A DNA stretch of 64,000 nt from Ascoidea asiatica JCM 7603 (taxonomy: Eukaryota; Fungi; Ascomycota): positions 1 to 64,000 of the forward strand of contig BCKQ01000005.1 of NCBI GenBank assembly GCA_001600695.1, in the 5' to 3' direction. The notes below the pieces were generated by a model, which was given only the letters and a program-made list of their open reading frames with translations, was not told where the DNA came from and made no database searches. A program made the position numbers and the translations under genes. Of the stretch, positions 12,101 through 24,658 are shown piece after piece (within the stretch, counting starts at the first letter, position 1; every line of letters begins with the position of its first letter).

Positions 12101-12495
12101 AAGAAAAATATATAAATCTTGCTAAAGATTTATTCTCCGAGCTCAATGATATTCCAATGTCTAATTTTAAAGGTAAGATTGAAAAACGTGAAATGAAAAA
12201 AGTTATGCCTTTTATATCACTTATTAAACAAAAATTGGTAAATGAGGAACCATCTCATGTATTTAACAGAAAACTTAGTTTCGAGGAGGTTGAAGTGGTT
12301 AAACAATGCACTGCTGTCATCCAAAAAAGTCCTGTTAATTTTAAGGTTGGACTCTTACAAATTGTTCTAATAAACAACGGTTCGTCGAAAGGTGTGGATG
12401 TAATCACTGGAGATGAAGTTCAACTTTCAGTTAGCGGAAAAATTTTAGAAAATGCAGTTCCTGGTGAACCTGCTGTTGTTTTTTCGAATATTTAA
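9148..12495 (+). CDS. CDC60: Cytosolic leucyl-tRNA synthetase
   Basis: YPYMNGSLHAGH (HIGH), ATLRPETMYGQT and GTGVVTCVPSDSPDD editing-domain motifs, KMSKS. First ATG is at 9148 (the track began at an upstream TTG). Confidence 0.98.
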   Translation: MANTDESAGTLVLEKTDRRDSLIQIEKKYQSIWQEKKLFEIDAPSFDEISNISENSTEAEIDSYLDDLHEKYPKFMTSMAYPYMNGSLHAGHSFTLSKAEFSVGFERMKGKRALFPLGFHCTGMPIRAAADKIKREVELFGDDFSKFEESDSNALGTPHLKAVKNESDPTKFKAQKSKAVAKKGTAKYQFQIMKSIGVPVKEIKNFADPKYWLYYFPELCQKDVNSLGAKVDWRRSMITTDVNPYYDSFIKWQISRLRELGKIKFGERYTIYSEKDGQACLDHDRSSGEALGPQEYTAIKIKVLNFFNEKASKLFAENKISLSESDRKIYLVAATLRPETMYGQTCCFVSPKINYGVFEADANTYYICTQRAFKNMCFQKLTPKRGYYKPLFTISGSLLIGSSISAPLAMHSQLYVLPMETILEKKGTGVVTCVPSDSPDDFINMKELNHKPEFYGIQKKWAEPELIPLIKTEKYGDKCAEFLCNSMKIQSPKDSVQLQSAKELAYKEGFFNGKMIIGKYIGEKVEIAKPKVKADLISLGEAFTYNEPEGLVISRSGDECIVSLEDQWYIDYGEEGWKTSALECLRNMQTFTPETRHAFEAVLDWLKNWAVTRTYGLGSRLPWDEQYLIESLSDSTIYQAFYTISHLLHSDFYGKELGLLEIKAQDMTPEVWDYIFTRRENIASSIPIKKLQILRREFEYFYPLDVSISGKDLIPNHLTFFIYTHVAVFKNKKFWPQGIRANGHLLLNNEKMSKSTGNFLTLSQMITKFGADSTRICLADAGDSVEDANFVEQNANSAILRLFNLKEWIIETLGKLDELRAGSIEENFFDLAFDNELNYLMEKCYEQYDLTHYKSALKYGLFDMHAARDYYRDVCGNIGLHKTLALKYIKTQVLLIAPVAPHLADYVWCELLGEKASILDAQFPKPETAVNLKVSDSLSYIRSLSRSIRESEVTALKPKKGKVLIDKSHPVKLTLIISKNFPDWQEKYINLAKDLFSELNDIPMSNFKGKIEKREMKKVMPFISLIKQKLVNEEPSHVFNRKLSFEEVEVVKQCTAVIQKSPVNFKVGLLQIVLINNGSSKGVDVITGDEVQLSVSGKILENAVPGEPAVVFSNI

Positions 12496-12734
12496 TCATT
12501 TGTTTTTGTTCCTATAAAACAAAATTAATTCTTATTTATTTTTTTGATTTTACACTATTTTAATAAACTAGTTTTGTATGTGTTTTGTATTTTCTAAGTA
12601 ATCATAGTTTTTAATTTCTAATTTCTATAAGTGTGAAATAAAGAAAGTCCATAAGGATAATTCAATAAAATAGATACAAAATATTGCTGTACAACTTTCT
12701 AATTAGCAATAAGTAAATAAAAAATGCAATTCAA

Positions 12735-14084
12735 TTAATATATGACATCCCAAGGTGGGTCGTTTATTATTCCATCCACTGAGTGAACTATATCATCATT
12801 TGCTCTCCATAGTTGAATAACATTGTCATCAGAAGAACTTGCAATCAACCATTTTAATTTTTCGCTAGGATGCCAAGAAATATCAGTAACAAAACTACCG
12901 TGACCAGCATGCATCATAAAGAGTTCAGGCGCTCCATCTTCAGCATCATCTTGGTTTTGCTCTTCTCCTATCTTTGAAGTATCCCAAATCATTACCCTTC
13001 TATCTTCTGATCCAGAGGCCAAAAAACCATCCTGATGTGGAGACCATTCTAAAGAGGTTATTGATTTTGTATGCCCCATCATTGAGTGTAGCTTTTTATT
13101 GACATTTCTGAGATCAAATAAATCAACTAACGAATCACCGGATCCAGTAGCAAGTAAATAATCAGAAAATTTTGAGAAAGATAAGCAATTAATTCCATTC
13201 GAATGTAAATCTGATCTTTTGATCACAGGTCCGATATTTAAAGACCTTTGATCATATATATTCAAAAATTTGTCATCCGAAACTGATCCAAATATATTAG
13301 GATCAAAATTGTGCCATTGAACATCATTAACAATATCATTGTGAAACGATAAGACATGTAAAGGATTGAGTTTTTTAGTACTATTATTATGTTGATTGTT
13401 CAATGTTATGGAATCAATATCCCAAAGGCATATTTTAGAATCATCAGCTGCAGTTAAAAGTTTTCCAGTGAGTTTAGGACTCCACGATAGTCCATACCCA
13501 TTAGTTTGATGATAGTCTAGCTCCACTACTGGATTTGAATTGATCTTTCGGTCTTCCGAATTTACATAAATATATGACTTCCCAGAACCAGTAATTGCAG
13601 CCAATATGGAAGAGTTTTGAGGCATATATCGAATTCTATTTGCCTCTGATTTGCATTTGAATCTTTTTGATATTTTAAAACGTGTATCTTCTTTTACTTT
13701 AATAGCTGATGATTTATTCGTCTCCTTTTCTTTTGTTTGTAGCGAATTTGACTCGAATTCTTTATTAAAATATTTCTGATCATCATATATTAAATTGTTG
13801 GAAAGTCTTTTTGTACCAATTTGAACATAGTTCTGTTCCTCATAATTTGTATTCGTTCCTATTAATAATTTTACATCTATAGTTTGATCATCATCTCTTT
13901 TAGTTACTTCGGGGAGCCACTGAATAGATAAGGAAGGCCATTTGAGTTTGAACTGAGTTACAAACTTATACATTAAAGTTGAATTTTTCTTCCATAGTTC
14001 GTATTCTTCCCTTATAATATCTTCTTCATTTTGACTAGTTGTATCATCAGAAATTCCCTGGACATCAACTTTTTCATTCTGCAT
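12735..14084 (-). CDS. HAT2: WD40 histone-binding subunit of HAT-B (Hat2, RbAp46/48 family)
   Basis: EEYELWKKN..LKWPSLSIQWLP and IGEEQNQDDAEDGAPELFMMHAGH. ATG at 14084. The paralog MSI1 is less likely. Confidence 0.8.
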   Translation of the reverse strand: MQNEKVDVQGISDDTTSQNEEDIIREEYELWKKNSTLMYKFVTQFKLKWPSLSIQWLPEVTKRDDDQTIDVKLLIGTNTNYEEQNYVQIGTKRLSNNLIYDDQKYFNKEFESNSLQTKEKETNKSSAIKVKEDTRFKISKRFKCKSEANRIRYMPQNSSILAAITGSGKSYIYVNSEDRKINSNPVVELDYHQTNGYGLSWSPKLTGKLLTAADDSKICLWDIDSITLNNQHNNSTKKLNPLHVLSFHNDIVNDVQWHNFDPNIFGSVSDDKFLNIYDQRSLNIGPVIKRSDLHSNGINCLSFSKFSDYLLATGSGDSLVDLFDLRNVNKKLHSMMGHTKSITSLEWSPHQDGFLASGSEDRRVMIWDTSKIGEEQNQDDAEDGAPELFMMHAGHGSFVTDISWHPSEKLKWLIASSSDDNVIQLWRANDDIVHSVDGIINDPPWDVIY

Positions 14085-14571
14085 ACTGGAATTTGTCTGC
14101 AATATAATAGACTAATTAGATTATAATATTAAAAAAAAAAACCTCTTTTTCGTTTAGAGTGCCTATGGATATAAATAAATTTCCTTCCTTGGAATTACTT
14201 CTACCATATATCAATATAAGAAATCGTTTTAGAGCCAAAAACTGAATAAATACTATACAATTGGTTTTCGCGTTTTTTTCAAAAAACAAACCAAAGTCGT
14301 GTAACGTATTTCTGCAAATTCGAAGGCCTGGTAAGGTTACCGCATCGTATTCCGCAAAATTGCGCGCATTGTTCTATTCATATGAAATATTTTTTTTCTC
14401 AGAAAAAAAAATAAAATAAAATAGAACATGAGAGTTTACCACTTTTGATTTAGTAATTACTGTTATTAAAGCTATTAGTAGTAATGATTACATATTCCAA
14501 CTGACTTATATCAGAGCATTAAAATATTTTACTACTACTTTATATATTACTTGAGAATAAAGTTGTTCATA

Positions 14572-16008
14572 ATGACTGGCAATACAGAAAAAAATAACAC
14601 TCAGAAAGAAAATTTTTTTCAACCTGTTTCAGAAGCAGTCAAAAAGACTGATGCTGCTGAAAGTAGAGATGAAAGTGAAACAACCAAAAAAGAGGATACA
14701 TATGATAATGGCGTTCAAGAAATTGAATCATTTTGTGTGAACTGTGAAAAAAATGGAACTACCCGGTTATTATTAACCAACATTCCATATTTCAGAGAAG
14801 TTATAATAATGTCTTTTGAATGTCCTCATTGTGGTTTTAAGAATTCTGAAATACAGCCTGCCGCCGAAATACAAGAAAAAGGTTCTAAGTATATGTTGAA
14901 AGTTGAGAATGTGAATGATTTTAATAGACAAATTGTTAAATCAGAATATGCTACTTGTAAATTTCTCGAATTAGAAATTGAAATTCCTCCTAAAAGGGGA
15001 CAACTAATCAATATTGAAGGGTTATTAATGGAAATGATCGAGGATTTAGAATCTGATCAACCTTTAAGAAAATCCAGTGATCATGATACATTTATTAAGA
15101 TTCAAAATTTCATTTCAAAGGTTAATAAAACTTTAAAGGGGGAAGAAAATATACCCTTAACATTTACCATTGATGACCCTTCTGGAAATTCCTGGATTGA
15201 GTTTATTCCAGGAGAACCAAGTCATAAATGGTCTCAAACTCAATATAAACGAACAGATGAACAAAATATATTTTTGGGATTGATCTCAGCAGATCAAATC
15301 AAAGAAAATAAAGAAAAATCTTCATTAAAAAGAAAAGAAGCTGATAAGGTTCAAATTCGTACAACAGGTTTTATCTCTGATGAGAGTGGAATCGAAAACT
15401 TTGACAATGAAGTGCAAACCTTTACAGCAACATGCCCATCTTGTTATAAGAGCTGTGACACTCATATGAAAACAGTAAATATTCCTCACTTTAAGGATGT
15501 TATTATAATGAGTACAGTGTGTGATGAATGTGGTTATAAATCAAATGAAGTCAAAACTGGCGGAGAAATTCCACAAAATGGGCGTCGTGTTTCATTGTAT
15601 GTAGATGATGCTGAAGATTTGAGTAGAGATGTTTTGAAAAGTGAAACATGTAGTCTTGTCATTCCAGAATTAAATTTAGATTTAACTCAAGGAACTTTAG
15701 GAGGTCGTTTTACTACGTTGGAAGGTTTACTTACTCAAGTCTATGAAGAACTTCATGAACGGGTTTTCACACAAACATCGGATTCTATGGATGAGTCTGG
15801 TAAAAAGCGATGGGAGGCTTTTTTTGAAAAATTAAAAAGTGCTATTAGTGGAAAAGAAAAGTTTACTGTTATTATGGAAGATCCATTGGCAGCTTCTTAT
15901 ATTCAGAATGTTTATGCCCCTGATAAAGATCCAAATATGACTATTGAAGAATTTAAAAGAACCAAAGAGCAAGAGGACGATCTAGGAATAAGTGATATGG
16001 TGGTTTGA
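14572..16008 (+). CDS. ZPR1: Zinc finger protein Zpr1
   Basis: Two C4 fingers (CVNC..CPHC, CPSC..CDEC), IPYFREVIIMSF, GTLGGRFTTLEGLL; ATG at 14572. Confidence 0.97.
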   Translation: MTGNTEKNNTQKENFFQPVSEAVKKTDAAESRDESETTKKEDTYDNGVQEIESFCVNCEKNGTTRLLLTNIPYFREVIIMSFECPHCGFKNSEIQPAAEIQEKGSKYMLKVENVNDFNRQIVKSEYATCKFLELEIEIPPKRGQLINIEGLLMEMIEDLESDQPLRKSSDHDTFIKIQNFISKVNKTLKGEENIPLTFTIDDPSGNSWIEFIPGEPSHKWSQTQYKRTDEQNIFLGLISADQIKENKEKSSLKRKEADKVQIRTTGFISDESGIENFDNEVQTFTATCPSCYKSCDTHMKTVNIPHFKDVIIMSTVCDECGYKSNEVKTGGEIPQNGRRVSLYVDDAEDLSRDVLKSETCSLVIPELNLDLTQGTLGGRFTTLEGLLTQVYEELHERVFTQTSDSMDESGKKRWEAFFEKLKSAISGKEKFTVIMEDPLAASYIQNVYAPDKDPNMTIEEFKRTKEQEDDLGISDMVV

Positions 16009-16565
16009 GTCCTTAATAAAGTTAAATGATTCATTAAATGTTTTTATTTTGTTTTATAATATAATTAACGTTTTCAGATTAGGTATTTTATACATAAATT
16101 GTAGACAAATATTAGTAACAAAATGAATGATATCTTTCTACTTGTATTAAAACTAACTTAAAGTTCTTGTTTTTGCTAGTTTTAATAATGTTTCACTTCT
16201 TTTGATCAGTTTGTCGATAGCTCCTCAGAGTTTTAGGAGAATGCGCAAAACTATACATTAACATTATGTTTTTTTCAAACCATCTTGTTTGCCGTGGGTT
16301 TATATCAGATTGAAAAAACCAAAATATCGATATGGATATATCATATGATAGCGTTAATGTAAGGTTACGGTAAAGATCGTGTTTGGTTATTTGGAAAATT
16401 CGCAAAATTGAAATTGTGAAATTATAAATACAGTATAGTAGTCTTAGTCTTTCGAGATCTTTTTGCTTCAAATCTGAACGTATCGTTAGTATTGCTTGGA
16501 CTTCAGTTTCTACTTTTTAAACTGGAAAAATTATAATGAAAAGAGACAGTATTTAAAGTCGTATC

Positions 16566-19500
16566 ATGTCTTATTATACCAAAGAAGAAACTTCACCAAA
16601 TATCAATTCTTTATCGACCTCCTCATTTTTGGTAAAATTTAGATACACCAAACACTCTCCATCTTCAATGGATGAATCTATATCTTCTCCCCCTTTATAT
16701 TCCTCTTCCAATAATTCAAATGAATTCAAGAGTGCAAGAAAAGTATTGAATCAAAATCAAAGTTTTCTGTCATTATCGGAAACAAATAATGGTTTGGATA
16801 ATAAGATTAAATATGAAACACCATCTAATGCAAACGATCCCATATTTCTTCATGAGAAACATAAATTCCTTCAAACTATTCAAAAAAGGCTTTTGAGATT
16901 TACTACTATAGATGCTATGTCAATTAGATCTTCAACCTCTTTCCTTTTGGATTCTCAACACTCCACTAATTTGTCTTCTTATTTACAAATCAGAAAAGAG
17001 GCTAAGCAGCGTTTGAAAGATAAGGTTCTTGAGGAAATGAATAGATTGGAAGCAGGGAATCATTCTTCCTCTACAGGGTTTAAGTCAGGAAAAAGCATCA
17101 CTTCTTCAAAATCTACTACCTCAATTTCATCAACTAAAAAAAAAATCACAAAAAGCTCCACTAATATAAAAAAAGAAAAGGATGATAACGCGCCTATTCT
17201 CACTTACTTCCGAGCAAGTTCACAACAGCGCAAACGAAGACGTTCAAGTTTAGATTCTATTTCAAGTGTCAAGTTTGAAGTACATCCAGATATTAGCACA
17301 GATAATAATAAAGATAATATCTCAACTTCGACCTTTGATGTACACACAGGAGAAGAAGTTATGCCGTCTAATAGGCCCAAAAGATACAAAAAAGGAAAAA
17401 CTTCGGCATTACCAAAATCTAAAAAGCATGTTGCTATTGCTTCTAAGCTAGATAATTACAAATCACTAACTGACAAAGAAATCAAGGAATCAAAGAAATC
17501 CAATTCAAAAAAAGGAGTTGCTATCGCAAATAAAATTGTTTCCGAAAATGAAGAAGACCTTGGAATAGTTGAAGCGAAAATAGATCGAAAGAGTTCAAAG
17601 AAAAGAAGACGATCTAAAAGACAAAAGGAAAAAGAAGCTAAAGTCAAACAAAAAGAAAAAGAGGAAAAGGAAAAAGAGAAAGAAAAGGAAAAGGAAAGAC
17701 TAGAAAAGGAAAAAGTAAAAAAAGAAAAGGAAAAGGAAAAGGAAAAAGTGGAAAAAGAGAAGTTTGAAAGTGACAGATTAGAAAAGTTAAAATTAGAAAA
17801 AGAAAAGGCTGATAAAGCAAGAGAGGCTAGAAAATCAAAACTTTCACAGAAAGAAGCGAGAGCTGTCAAAAGGCAATATGATAATACTTACCTAGCAATC
17901 TGGAAAGACTTATCCAGAAAGGACTCAAATAAGATATACCGTCTACTTCAACAATCTCAGCAAGTTAAGGCTATAAATCTTAAAAAAACTGCATCATTAG
18001 CAATGCGGGAGGCGAAAAAATGGCAATACAAAACAAACAAAAATATTAAAGATCTTCAAGCCAAAGCTCGTAGATCTGTTAGAGAGATGTCTAATTTCTG
18101 GAAACGTCATGAAAAAGAAGAAAAAGAATTACAAAAAAAGGCAATGAAAGATCTTTTGGAAAAGAAAAAACAAGAAGAAGAAGAAAGGGAGAAAAAAAGA
18201 CAAGAAAAAAAATTGAATTTTCTTATCACACAAACAGAATTGTATTCACATTTTATTGGGCGAAAAATCAAAACAGATGAGATTGAGGGCTCTTCCAAAG
18301 ATATTGGTCTCGAAAGGGTTATTGGGGCCAATCAGAAACGTCTAAATGATGTCGAAGTACCTAAAGATGCAAAGAAGACAGATATTGAATCAATTGACTT
18401 TGACAAAGAATCAGATGACGCCTTGACAAAAGCTGCAGCTGCAAATGCACAAAGTGCTTTAATAGACGCTCAGAAACGAGCTAATGAGTTTAATAGTGAA
18501 GCTCAAAATAACAATGATAGCGATGATGACGAGGATTCTGATGAAATGAATTTTCAAAACCCAACTTCATTCGGAGATATTAGCATTCCTCAACCAAAAA
18601 TGCTCACTTGTACATTAAAAGAATATCAGCTCAAGGGTCTCAACTGGTTGGCAAATCTATATGAGCGGGGAATAAATGGAATATTAGCTGATGAAATGGG
18701 TTTAGGAAAGACTGTACAATCAATTTCTGTTTTGTCGTATCTTGCAGAGGCGCATAATATCTGGGGTCCATTTCTAGTCGTCTCTCCAGCATCAACATTG
18801 CATAATTGGCAGCAGGAAATTTCTAGGTTCATGCCTGATTTCAAAGTTATTCCATACTGGGGAAATGCCAAGGATAGGAAAGTTTTAAGAAAGTTTTGGG
18901 ACAGAAAGAATGTTACTTATTCTAGAGACTCACCTTTTCATGTTCTTGTCACTTCGTATCAGCTTGTTGTTCAAGATGCACAATATTTTCAAAGAGTTAG
19001 ATGGCAATATATGATTTTAGACGAAGCGCAGGCAATTAAGTCTTCTCAGTCTTCCAGATGGAAAGTTCTATTAGGATTTCAGTGTCGTAATCGATTATTA
19101 TTGACAGGGACCCCTATACAAAACTCCATGCAAGAACTTTGGGCCTTACTACATTTTATTATGCCTTCATTATTTGATTCTCATGATGAGTTTAGTGAGT
19201 GGTTTTCTAAAGATATAGAAAGTCATGCTCAGAATAATTCCAAGTTGAATGAACAGCAGTTGAAACGATTACATCTTATTTTAAAACCATTCATGTTAAG
19301 AAGAGTTAAAAAAAATGTCCAAAGTGAACTTGGAGAAAAAATTGAGATAGATGTTTATTGTGATCTCACAAATCGCCAGAAAAAATTATATCAAATGTTA
19401 AAATCTCAAATATCTATTCAAGATTTAATTGAAAGGGTTAGGTCAACTGGAGATGATGAAAGTCAATCTTTGATGAACCTTGTAATGCAATTTAGAAAGG

Positions 19501-20900
19501 TATGTAATCATCCTGACTTATTTGAAAGAGCTGATGTTAAATCGGCTTTCAGTTTCGGCTCATTTGCACAAACAGGATCTATTAGTAGAGAAAATTCTCA
19601 AGACAATCTGCCCTTACCTGTATTATATTCAACAAGAAATCCAATTCAATATAAGATACCTAAAATTATTTTTAAAGAGCTACTTTCAGTTGATTTCAAT
19701 AACGATTGTACTACCAAAAATAAAATAATCAGTGATAAGTTCAATATTTGGTCTCCAGAAAATCTCTTAACTAGCTGTTCTACTGATAGTAATTTCAGTT
19801 GCTTGCGATTTGTCAATCAGTCTGAAGGTGAATTGTCAAAAATTGCTCAAAGTGGAATATTTGAAAGAGCTGTTTCAAGAAGGCAATATTCTGAAAGGAG
19901 AAATCTGCTCGATGCATTAAAAATTTGCTATGATTCTGGAAATGAATCAATTCATTTGAAGGATATGATTAGAAGAAGAATGTTTCTCATTAGTGAGGGC
20001 AAAAATAATAGGGTTTTGAGCCTACCAAGATCATTTTTAGAGGTTCAATCCAATATATATCATTCAATGTACCTAGAGAGTTTGGAAAGAGCTGCAACTC
20101 AAATAGCGACGTCTCCTCCTGTTGACTTTTATTGTAATGATAGTTTCTTTATGAGAACTCAAAAAAGAGTCTTATTTGATCCAAAAGTGAAACAAGTATT
20201 GTTGCCGTTACCACTTGGGTTGCAATTCAATTTACTCCAAAATAATGTTCCTATTCAATTATGGCCCAAAGCAGAAATGATGCCAGAGCCTATAAATAAA
20301 AAAACTGGATTTTCAACTATATCAATGCCTTCAATGCACAGATTTGTCACTGATTCTGGGAAACTTTCAAGACTCGATAAATTACTATCAGAACTTCAGG
20401 AGAATGACCATAGAGTGTTATTATATTTTCAAATGACGAAAATGATGGATTTGATGGAAGAGTATTTGACCTATAGACAATATAAGTATATCAGATTGGA
20501 TGGCTCGTCAAAACTTGATGATAGAAGAGATTTGGTAAATGATTGGCAAACCCGCCCAGAAATATTTGTGTTTCTACTTTCAACAAGAGCTGGTGGATTG
20601 GGTATAAATTTAACTGCAGCTGATACTGTTATATTTTATGATTCCGACTGGAATCCAACAATTGATTCCCAAGCGATGGATAGAGCTCACCGATTGGGTC
20701 AAACAAGACAAGTTACAGTCTACCGATTGCTAGTTCGGGGCACTATCGAAGAAAGAATGAGGGATAGAGCTAAACAGAAAGAACAGGTTCAGCAGGTGGT
20801 AATGGAAGGTAAATCTTCTCAAGGGAATGAAAAATCGGTTGAATTTCAAAATAATTCCAAAGAAGTTGCCTTTTGGTTATTGGACGATAATGCCTTATGA
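16566..20900 (+). CDS. INO80: Chromatin-remodelling ATPase Ino80
   Basis: DBINO motif [44 protein letters not shown], and a split helicase domain with a long insertion. Confidence 0.97.
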   Translation: MSYYTKEETSPNINSLSTSSFLVKFRYTKHSPSSMDESISSPPLYSSSNNSNEFKSARKVLNQNQSFLSLSETNNGLDNKIKYETPSNANDPIFLHEKHKFLQTIQKRLLRFTTIDAMSIRSSTSFLLDSQHSTNLSSYLQIRKEAKQRLKDKVLEEMNRLEAGNHSSSTGFKSGKSITSSKSTTSISSTKKKITKSSTNIKKEKDDNAPILTYFRASSQQRKRRRSSLDSISSVKFEVHPDISTDNNKDNISTSTFDVHTGEEVMPSNRPKRYKKGKTSALPKSKKHVAIASKLDNYKSLTDKEIKESKKSNSKKGVAIANKIVSENEEDLGIVEAKIDRKSSKKRRRSKRQKEKEAKVKQKEKEEKEKEKEKEKERLEKEKVKKEKEKEKEKVEKEKFESDRLEKLKLEKEKADKAREARKSKLSQKEARAVKRQYDNTYLAIWKDLSRKDSNKIYRLLQQSQQVKAINLKKTASLAMREAKKWQYKTNKNIKDLQAKARRSVREMSNFWKRHEKEEKELQKKAMKDLLEKKKQEEEEREKKRQEKKLNFLITQTELYSHFIGRKIKTDEIEGSSKDIGLERVIGANQKRLNDVEVPKDAKKTDIESIDFDKESDDALTKAAAANAQSALIDAQKRANEFNSEAQNNNDSDDDEDSDEMNFQNPTSFGDISIPQPKMLTCTLKEYQLKGLNWLANLYERGINGILADEMGLGKTVQSISVLSYLAEAHNIWGPFLVVSPASTLHNWQQEISRFMPDFKVIPYWGNAKDRKVLRKFWDRKNVTYSRDSPFHVLVTSYQLVVQDAQYFQRVRWQYMILDEAQAIKSSQSSRWKVLLGFQCRNRLLLTGTPIQNSMQELWALLHFIMPSLFDSHDEFSEWFSKDIESHAQNNSKLNEQQLKRLHLILKPFMLRRVKKNVQSELGEKIEIDVYCDLTNRQKKLYQMLKSQISIQDLIERVRSTGDDESQSLMNLVMQFRKVCNHPDLFERADVKSAFSFGSFAQTGSISRENSQDNLPLPVLYSTRNPIQYKIPKIIFKELLSVDFNNDCTTKNKIISDKFNIWSPENLLTSCSTDSNFSCLRFVNQSEGELSKIAQSGIFERAVSRRQYSERRNLLDALKICYDSGNESIHLKDMIRRRMFLISEGKNNRVLSLPRSFLEVQSNIYHSMYLESLERAATQIATSPPVDFYCNDSFFMRTQKRVLFDPKVKQVLLPLPLGLQFNLLQNNVPIQLWPKAEMMPEPINKKTGFSTISMPSMHRFVTDSGKLSRLDKLLSELQENDHRVLLYFQMTKMMDLMEEYLTYRQYKYIRLDGSSKLDDRRDLVNDWQTRPEIFVFLLSTRAGGLGINLTAADTVIFYDSDWNPTIDSQAMDRAHRLGQTRQVTVYRLLVRGTIEERMRDRAKQKEQVQQVVMEGKSSQGNEKSVEFQNNSKEVAFWLLDDNAL

Positions 20901-21213
20901 AGTTATTTCATTCTACCCACACAAAGCTTCATTGTAGCATTTTAATCATTGCTTTTTTAATCAAGAAATTTGAAAATATATAGACCATACAAGCTTTTAC
21001 TAAGTTGTTAAATTAATTCTGCATTTTTAAACTTCTAAAAAAACTTGGACGAATTTTAAAACTTTACATTTAAAGAAATTCAAATCAATACCATGAATAT
21101 TAAGAATATTAAGTATATTATATTATTATATTATATAAACAAGAAAAAGCCATAAAACATGAAATAATACGAAATAACCATGCATAAGATTAATTTATTT
21201 TAAAAAAAATTAT

Positions 21214-23556
21214 CTATTTATTAGCGGCAGCCATTCTATTTAAAGCAGAACCTGCTTTGAACCATTCGATTTGTTGTTGATTATAGGTATGAGATAATGC
21301 AGCCTCCCATGCAGCACTTCCATCTTTTGGATGAACTCTTAAGGTTAAGTTTTTACCTGGGGCAAAATCTTTTAATCCAATGATGTCAACTTCATCTTCT
21401 GGATCAATTTTGTCATAATCAGCTTTGTTGACAAAATTCAATGGTAATATACCTTGTTTTTTCAAATTAGTTTCATGAATACGAGCAAAAGATTTGGTAA
21501 TTATAGCAAAACCACCTAAATATCTTGGTTCTAAAGCTGCGTGTTCACGAGAAGAACCTTCACCCATGTTTTCATCACCAATTACAACCCATTTAACTCC
21601 ACTGTTACGGTAAGCTAAAGCTGTTTCAGGAACAGTGTCATATTTTCCAGTATAATGGTTTTTGACATTGTTTGCTTCACCATTTTCAGCATTTGTAGCA
21701 CCTATCATATAGTTATTAGAAATATTTTGTAAATGACCTCTGTATTTTAACCAAGGACCAGCCATTGAAATATGATCTGTGGTTGTTTTACCAACAGCTT
21801 TTATTAATATTGGCATTCTTTCAGGATCCTTTCCGTCCCAAGCTTTAAAAGGGGTTAATAACTGTAAACGATCGGATTCTGGACTAACAGATACACTAAC
21901 TGTTGATCTATTTTCTGGAGGAGCTTGATAGGTATCTTCACCCTTATCATAACCTTTAATTGGAAGAGATTCACCGTGAGGTGGTTCTAATAAAAATTCA
22001 TTACCATCTTTATCCTTTAATTTATCTGTGATTGGGTTAAATCTTAAATCACCAGAAATTGCATAAGCAACAACCATTTCTGGTGAAGCAACAAAAGCAT
22101 GAGTAGCAGCATTACCATCATTTCTTGCAGTGAAATTACGATTGAAAGATGATACAATTGTATTTTTTTCACCTTTTTTAATATCTTGACGATCCCATTG
22201 ACCAATACATGGACCACAAGCATTAGCCATTACAACACCACCGAAATCTTGGAAAGTTTTTAATTGTCCATCTCTTGCAATAGTAGCTCTAATTTGTTCT
22301 GAACCTGGAGATACATTAAATAAAGTTTTTGCAGATAAACCATGAGAAACAGCACTTTTAATAATATTAGATGCTCTAGTCATATCTTCGTAAGAGGAAT
22401 TAGTACAAGAACCAATCAAACCAACTCTAACATCAGTTGGCCAGCCTTTTTCAACAGCAACATCTTTCATTTTTGAAACTGGAGTAGCTAAATCTGGAGT
22501 AAAAGGACCATTGATATGAGGTTCTAAAGTATTTAAATCAATTTCATAAATTTCATCATATTCTGCACCTTTATCAGCTTTTAAGAAAGAATCTTGATAA
22601 ACTTCAGCAAATTTAGCAATATCACCTCTTCCAGTTGCATCTAAATATTTAACCATAGATTTATTAAAAGGAAAAACAGAAGTAGTTGCACCAATTTCAG
22701 CACCCATATTACAAATTGTTGCCATACCAGTACATGAAAATGTTTCAATACCATTACCAAAATATTCGACAATTTTACCAGTACCACCTTTAACAGTTGT
22801 TAAACCAGCTAATTTTAATATAATATCTTTTGGAGAAGTCCAACCATTCATTTTACCAGTTAATTTAACACCCATAATTTTTGGAGCTTTTAATTCCCAT
22901 GGTAAACCAGCTAAAACATCAACAGCATCAGCACCACCGACACCAATAGCTAATTGACCTAAACCACCAGCATTTGGAGTATGAGAATCAGTACCAATCA
23001 TTAAAGCACCTGGAAAAGCATAATTTTCTAAAACAATTTGATGAATAATTCCAGAACCTGGTTTCCAGAAACCGATATTATATTTAGCACAAGCAGAAGC
23101 TAAAAAATCATAAACTTCTTTATTTAAATCAATTGCTCTTTTTAAATCTTTTGGACCACCAACTTGAGCTTGAATTAAATGATCACAATGAACAGTTGCT
23201 GGAGTTGCAACAGAATCCATATTTGCAGACATAAATTGAAGTATAGCCATTTGAGCGGTTGCATCTTGACAAGCAACTCTATCAGGTCTTAATTGTAAAT
23301 AAGAAACACCTCTTTCAATTTCTTGTTCATGAGGATTATCTAAATGACCATATAATAATTTTTCAGCATAAGTTAAAGGTCTATTTAATCTATCTTGAAC
23401 AATTTTAACTTTTTCTAAATTTTCCTTATAATTTATAAAAGAATGAGATTCTAATAAATTCATATGAACTTTTGAATCTGGAGTGAATTTGGCAACAGAA
23501 GCCAATCCACGAGAAAAAGTTGGAATTTTTCCAAATGTTGAACGTGCTGATAACAT
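21214..23556 (-). CDS. ACO1: Mitochondrial aconitase
   Basis: [43 protein letters not shown]; N-terminal presequence. Confidence 0.98.
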   Translation of the reverse strand: MLSARSTFGKIPTFSRGLASVAKFTPDSKVHMNLLESHSFINYKENLEKVKIVQDRLNRPLTYAEKLLYGHLDNPHEQEIERGVSYLQLRPDRVACQDATAQMAILQFMSANMDSVATPATVHCDHLIQAQVGGPKDLKRAIDLNKEVYDFLASACAKYNIGFWKPGSGIIHQIVLENYAFPGALMIGTDSHTPNAGGLGQLAIGVGGADAVDVLAGLPWELKAPKIMGVKLTGKMNGWTSPKDIILKLAGLTTVKGGTGKIVEYFGNGIETFSCTGMATICNMGAEIGATTSVFPFNKSMVKYLDATGRGDIAKFAEVYQDSFLKADKGAEYDEIYEIDLNTLEPHINGPFTPDLATPVSKMKDVAVEKGWPTDVRVGLIGSCTNSSYEDMTRASNIIKSAVSHGLSAKTLFNVSPGSEQIRATIARDGQLKTFQDFGGVVMANACGPCIGQWDRQDIKKGEKNTIVSSFNRNFTARNDGNAATHAFVASPEMVVAYAISGDLRFNPITDKLKDKDGNEFLLEPPHGESLPIKGYDKGEDTYQAPPENRSTVSVSVSPESDRLQLLTPFKAWDGKDPERMPILIKAVGKTTTDHISMAGPWLKYRGHLQNISNNYMIGATNAENGEANNVKNHYTGKYDTVPETALAYRNSGVKWVVIGDENMGEGSSREHAALEPRYLGGFAIITKSFARIHETNLKKQGILPLNFVNKADYDKIDPEDEVDIIGLKDFAPGKNLTLRVHPKDGSAAWEAALSHTYNQQQIEWFKAGSALNRMAAANK

Positions 23557-24170
23557 TATTAATATTATTTATGAATATTATATATATATATATATATATG
23601 CAGTATATATAAATATATATGATATGATATGATACTGAAAGATAATATAAGAATATAAAAATACTTCAGAAAGAAAGTATCAATTAATTAAAATAAAAGA
23701 AGATAATATAAATAATATATATATATTTAAAAGAAATTGAATTGGAAACTAGTTATAAATATATAATAAGGCAGTTAAGATATTTTTGATAATCAATTGA
23801 ATCAAATTGAAACCAGAAAGAGCTATTATCTGAAAAAAGACGAAAAAAACAATATGGAAAACATAAAAACATAAAAACATAAAAACATAAAAACAGTGAT
23901 GGGAGTTGCACAGCGGATAAACACACAGAAATACGCTAAAGACAAGAGAGCGCAGTGCAGTATTGCGGTATTCTCCCAGAATCAGTTCAATTGAAGCGCA
24001 GAAAGTAGCGGTAAATTCTACACAAACACTTTTTAAAGAGCAAAAACAGGGAATACAGGAAGACTGGGACACTGGAGCGAGTATAGCGCGGTTGCTGCGT
24101 AGGTTTTGCACCGCCATTGCGCTTCTCTTGCGCTCTCCTGATGATTTCTGACATTTTGCTCGATTCCTAT

Positions 24171-24177
24171 TGATTGG
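24171..24177 (-). promoter_or_regulatory. Hap2/3/5 CCAAT box (TGATTGG) in the ACO1 upstream region
   Basis: Consensus match inside the GC-rich ACO1 upstream island; a second TCATTGG lies near 24327. ACO1 is a HAP target in S. cerevisiae. Confidence 0.4.
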
Positions 24178-24658
24178 ATCGAGAAGGCATGGTCGTCCGC
24201 GCTAAATGCAGCGCAAAACCTGTTCTTGCTCTGTGTTCTGGCTTTCAGGAACCGAGAACGCTTTCGAGCGAGCGCTGCGTTCAAGCGAAGGAAGATTCAC
24301 GTCTGTTTCCGAGCAGCCCGCTGAGTTCATTGGTCAGCAAAATCACTGGCGGGCTTCTGTGCGTTCTACTCCAAACCGAGACTCGGCTTACTCACGAAGC
24401 ACCCACTCAACAGTGGTGCTTACTCAGCTAGTTCTAGAGAGACCATTTTTATGGATGTTTTATGCTTCAATTTGAGGTTTTCTTCAATAAAATCCGTTCT
24501 TTTCCGTGAAAGGATGCTAAAAGCTCCACGGCACGTACATTTCCAGATAAACTTAATGCTATGCTATTTTTTTATGCTACAGTAGTTTGATATAAGGTTG
24601 GTTGTTCATGAGTTTACCCCAGATAAAGAGTTATTATTTTTTATTTATTATGATATAT

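Noticed and set aside
17456-17869. Antisense (SF)n-rich ORF in INO80 and similar antisense ORFs in RAD50, MDL1 and MRC1
   Set aside because: Mirror images of K/E- or D/S-rich low-complexity coding sequence.
23749-24475. Cluster of overlapping short ORFs upstream of ACO1
   Set aside because: By-product of a GC-rich promoter island with few stops; no motifs and codon usage unlike real genes.
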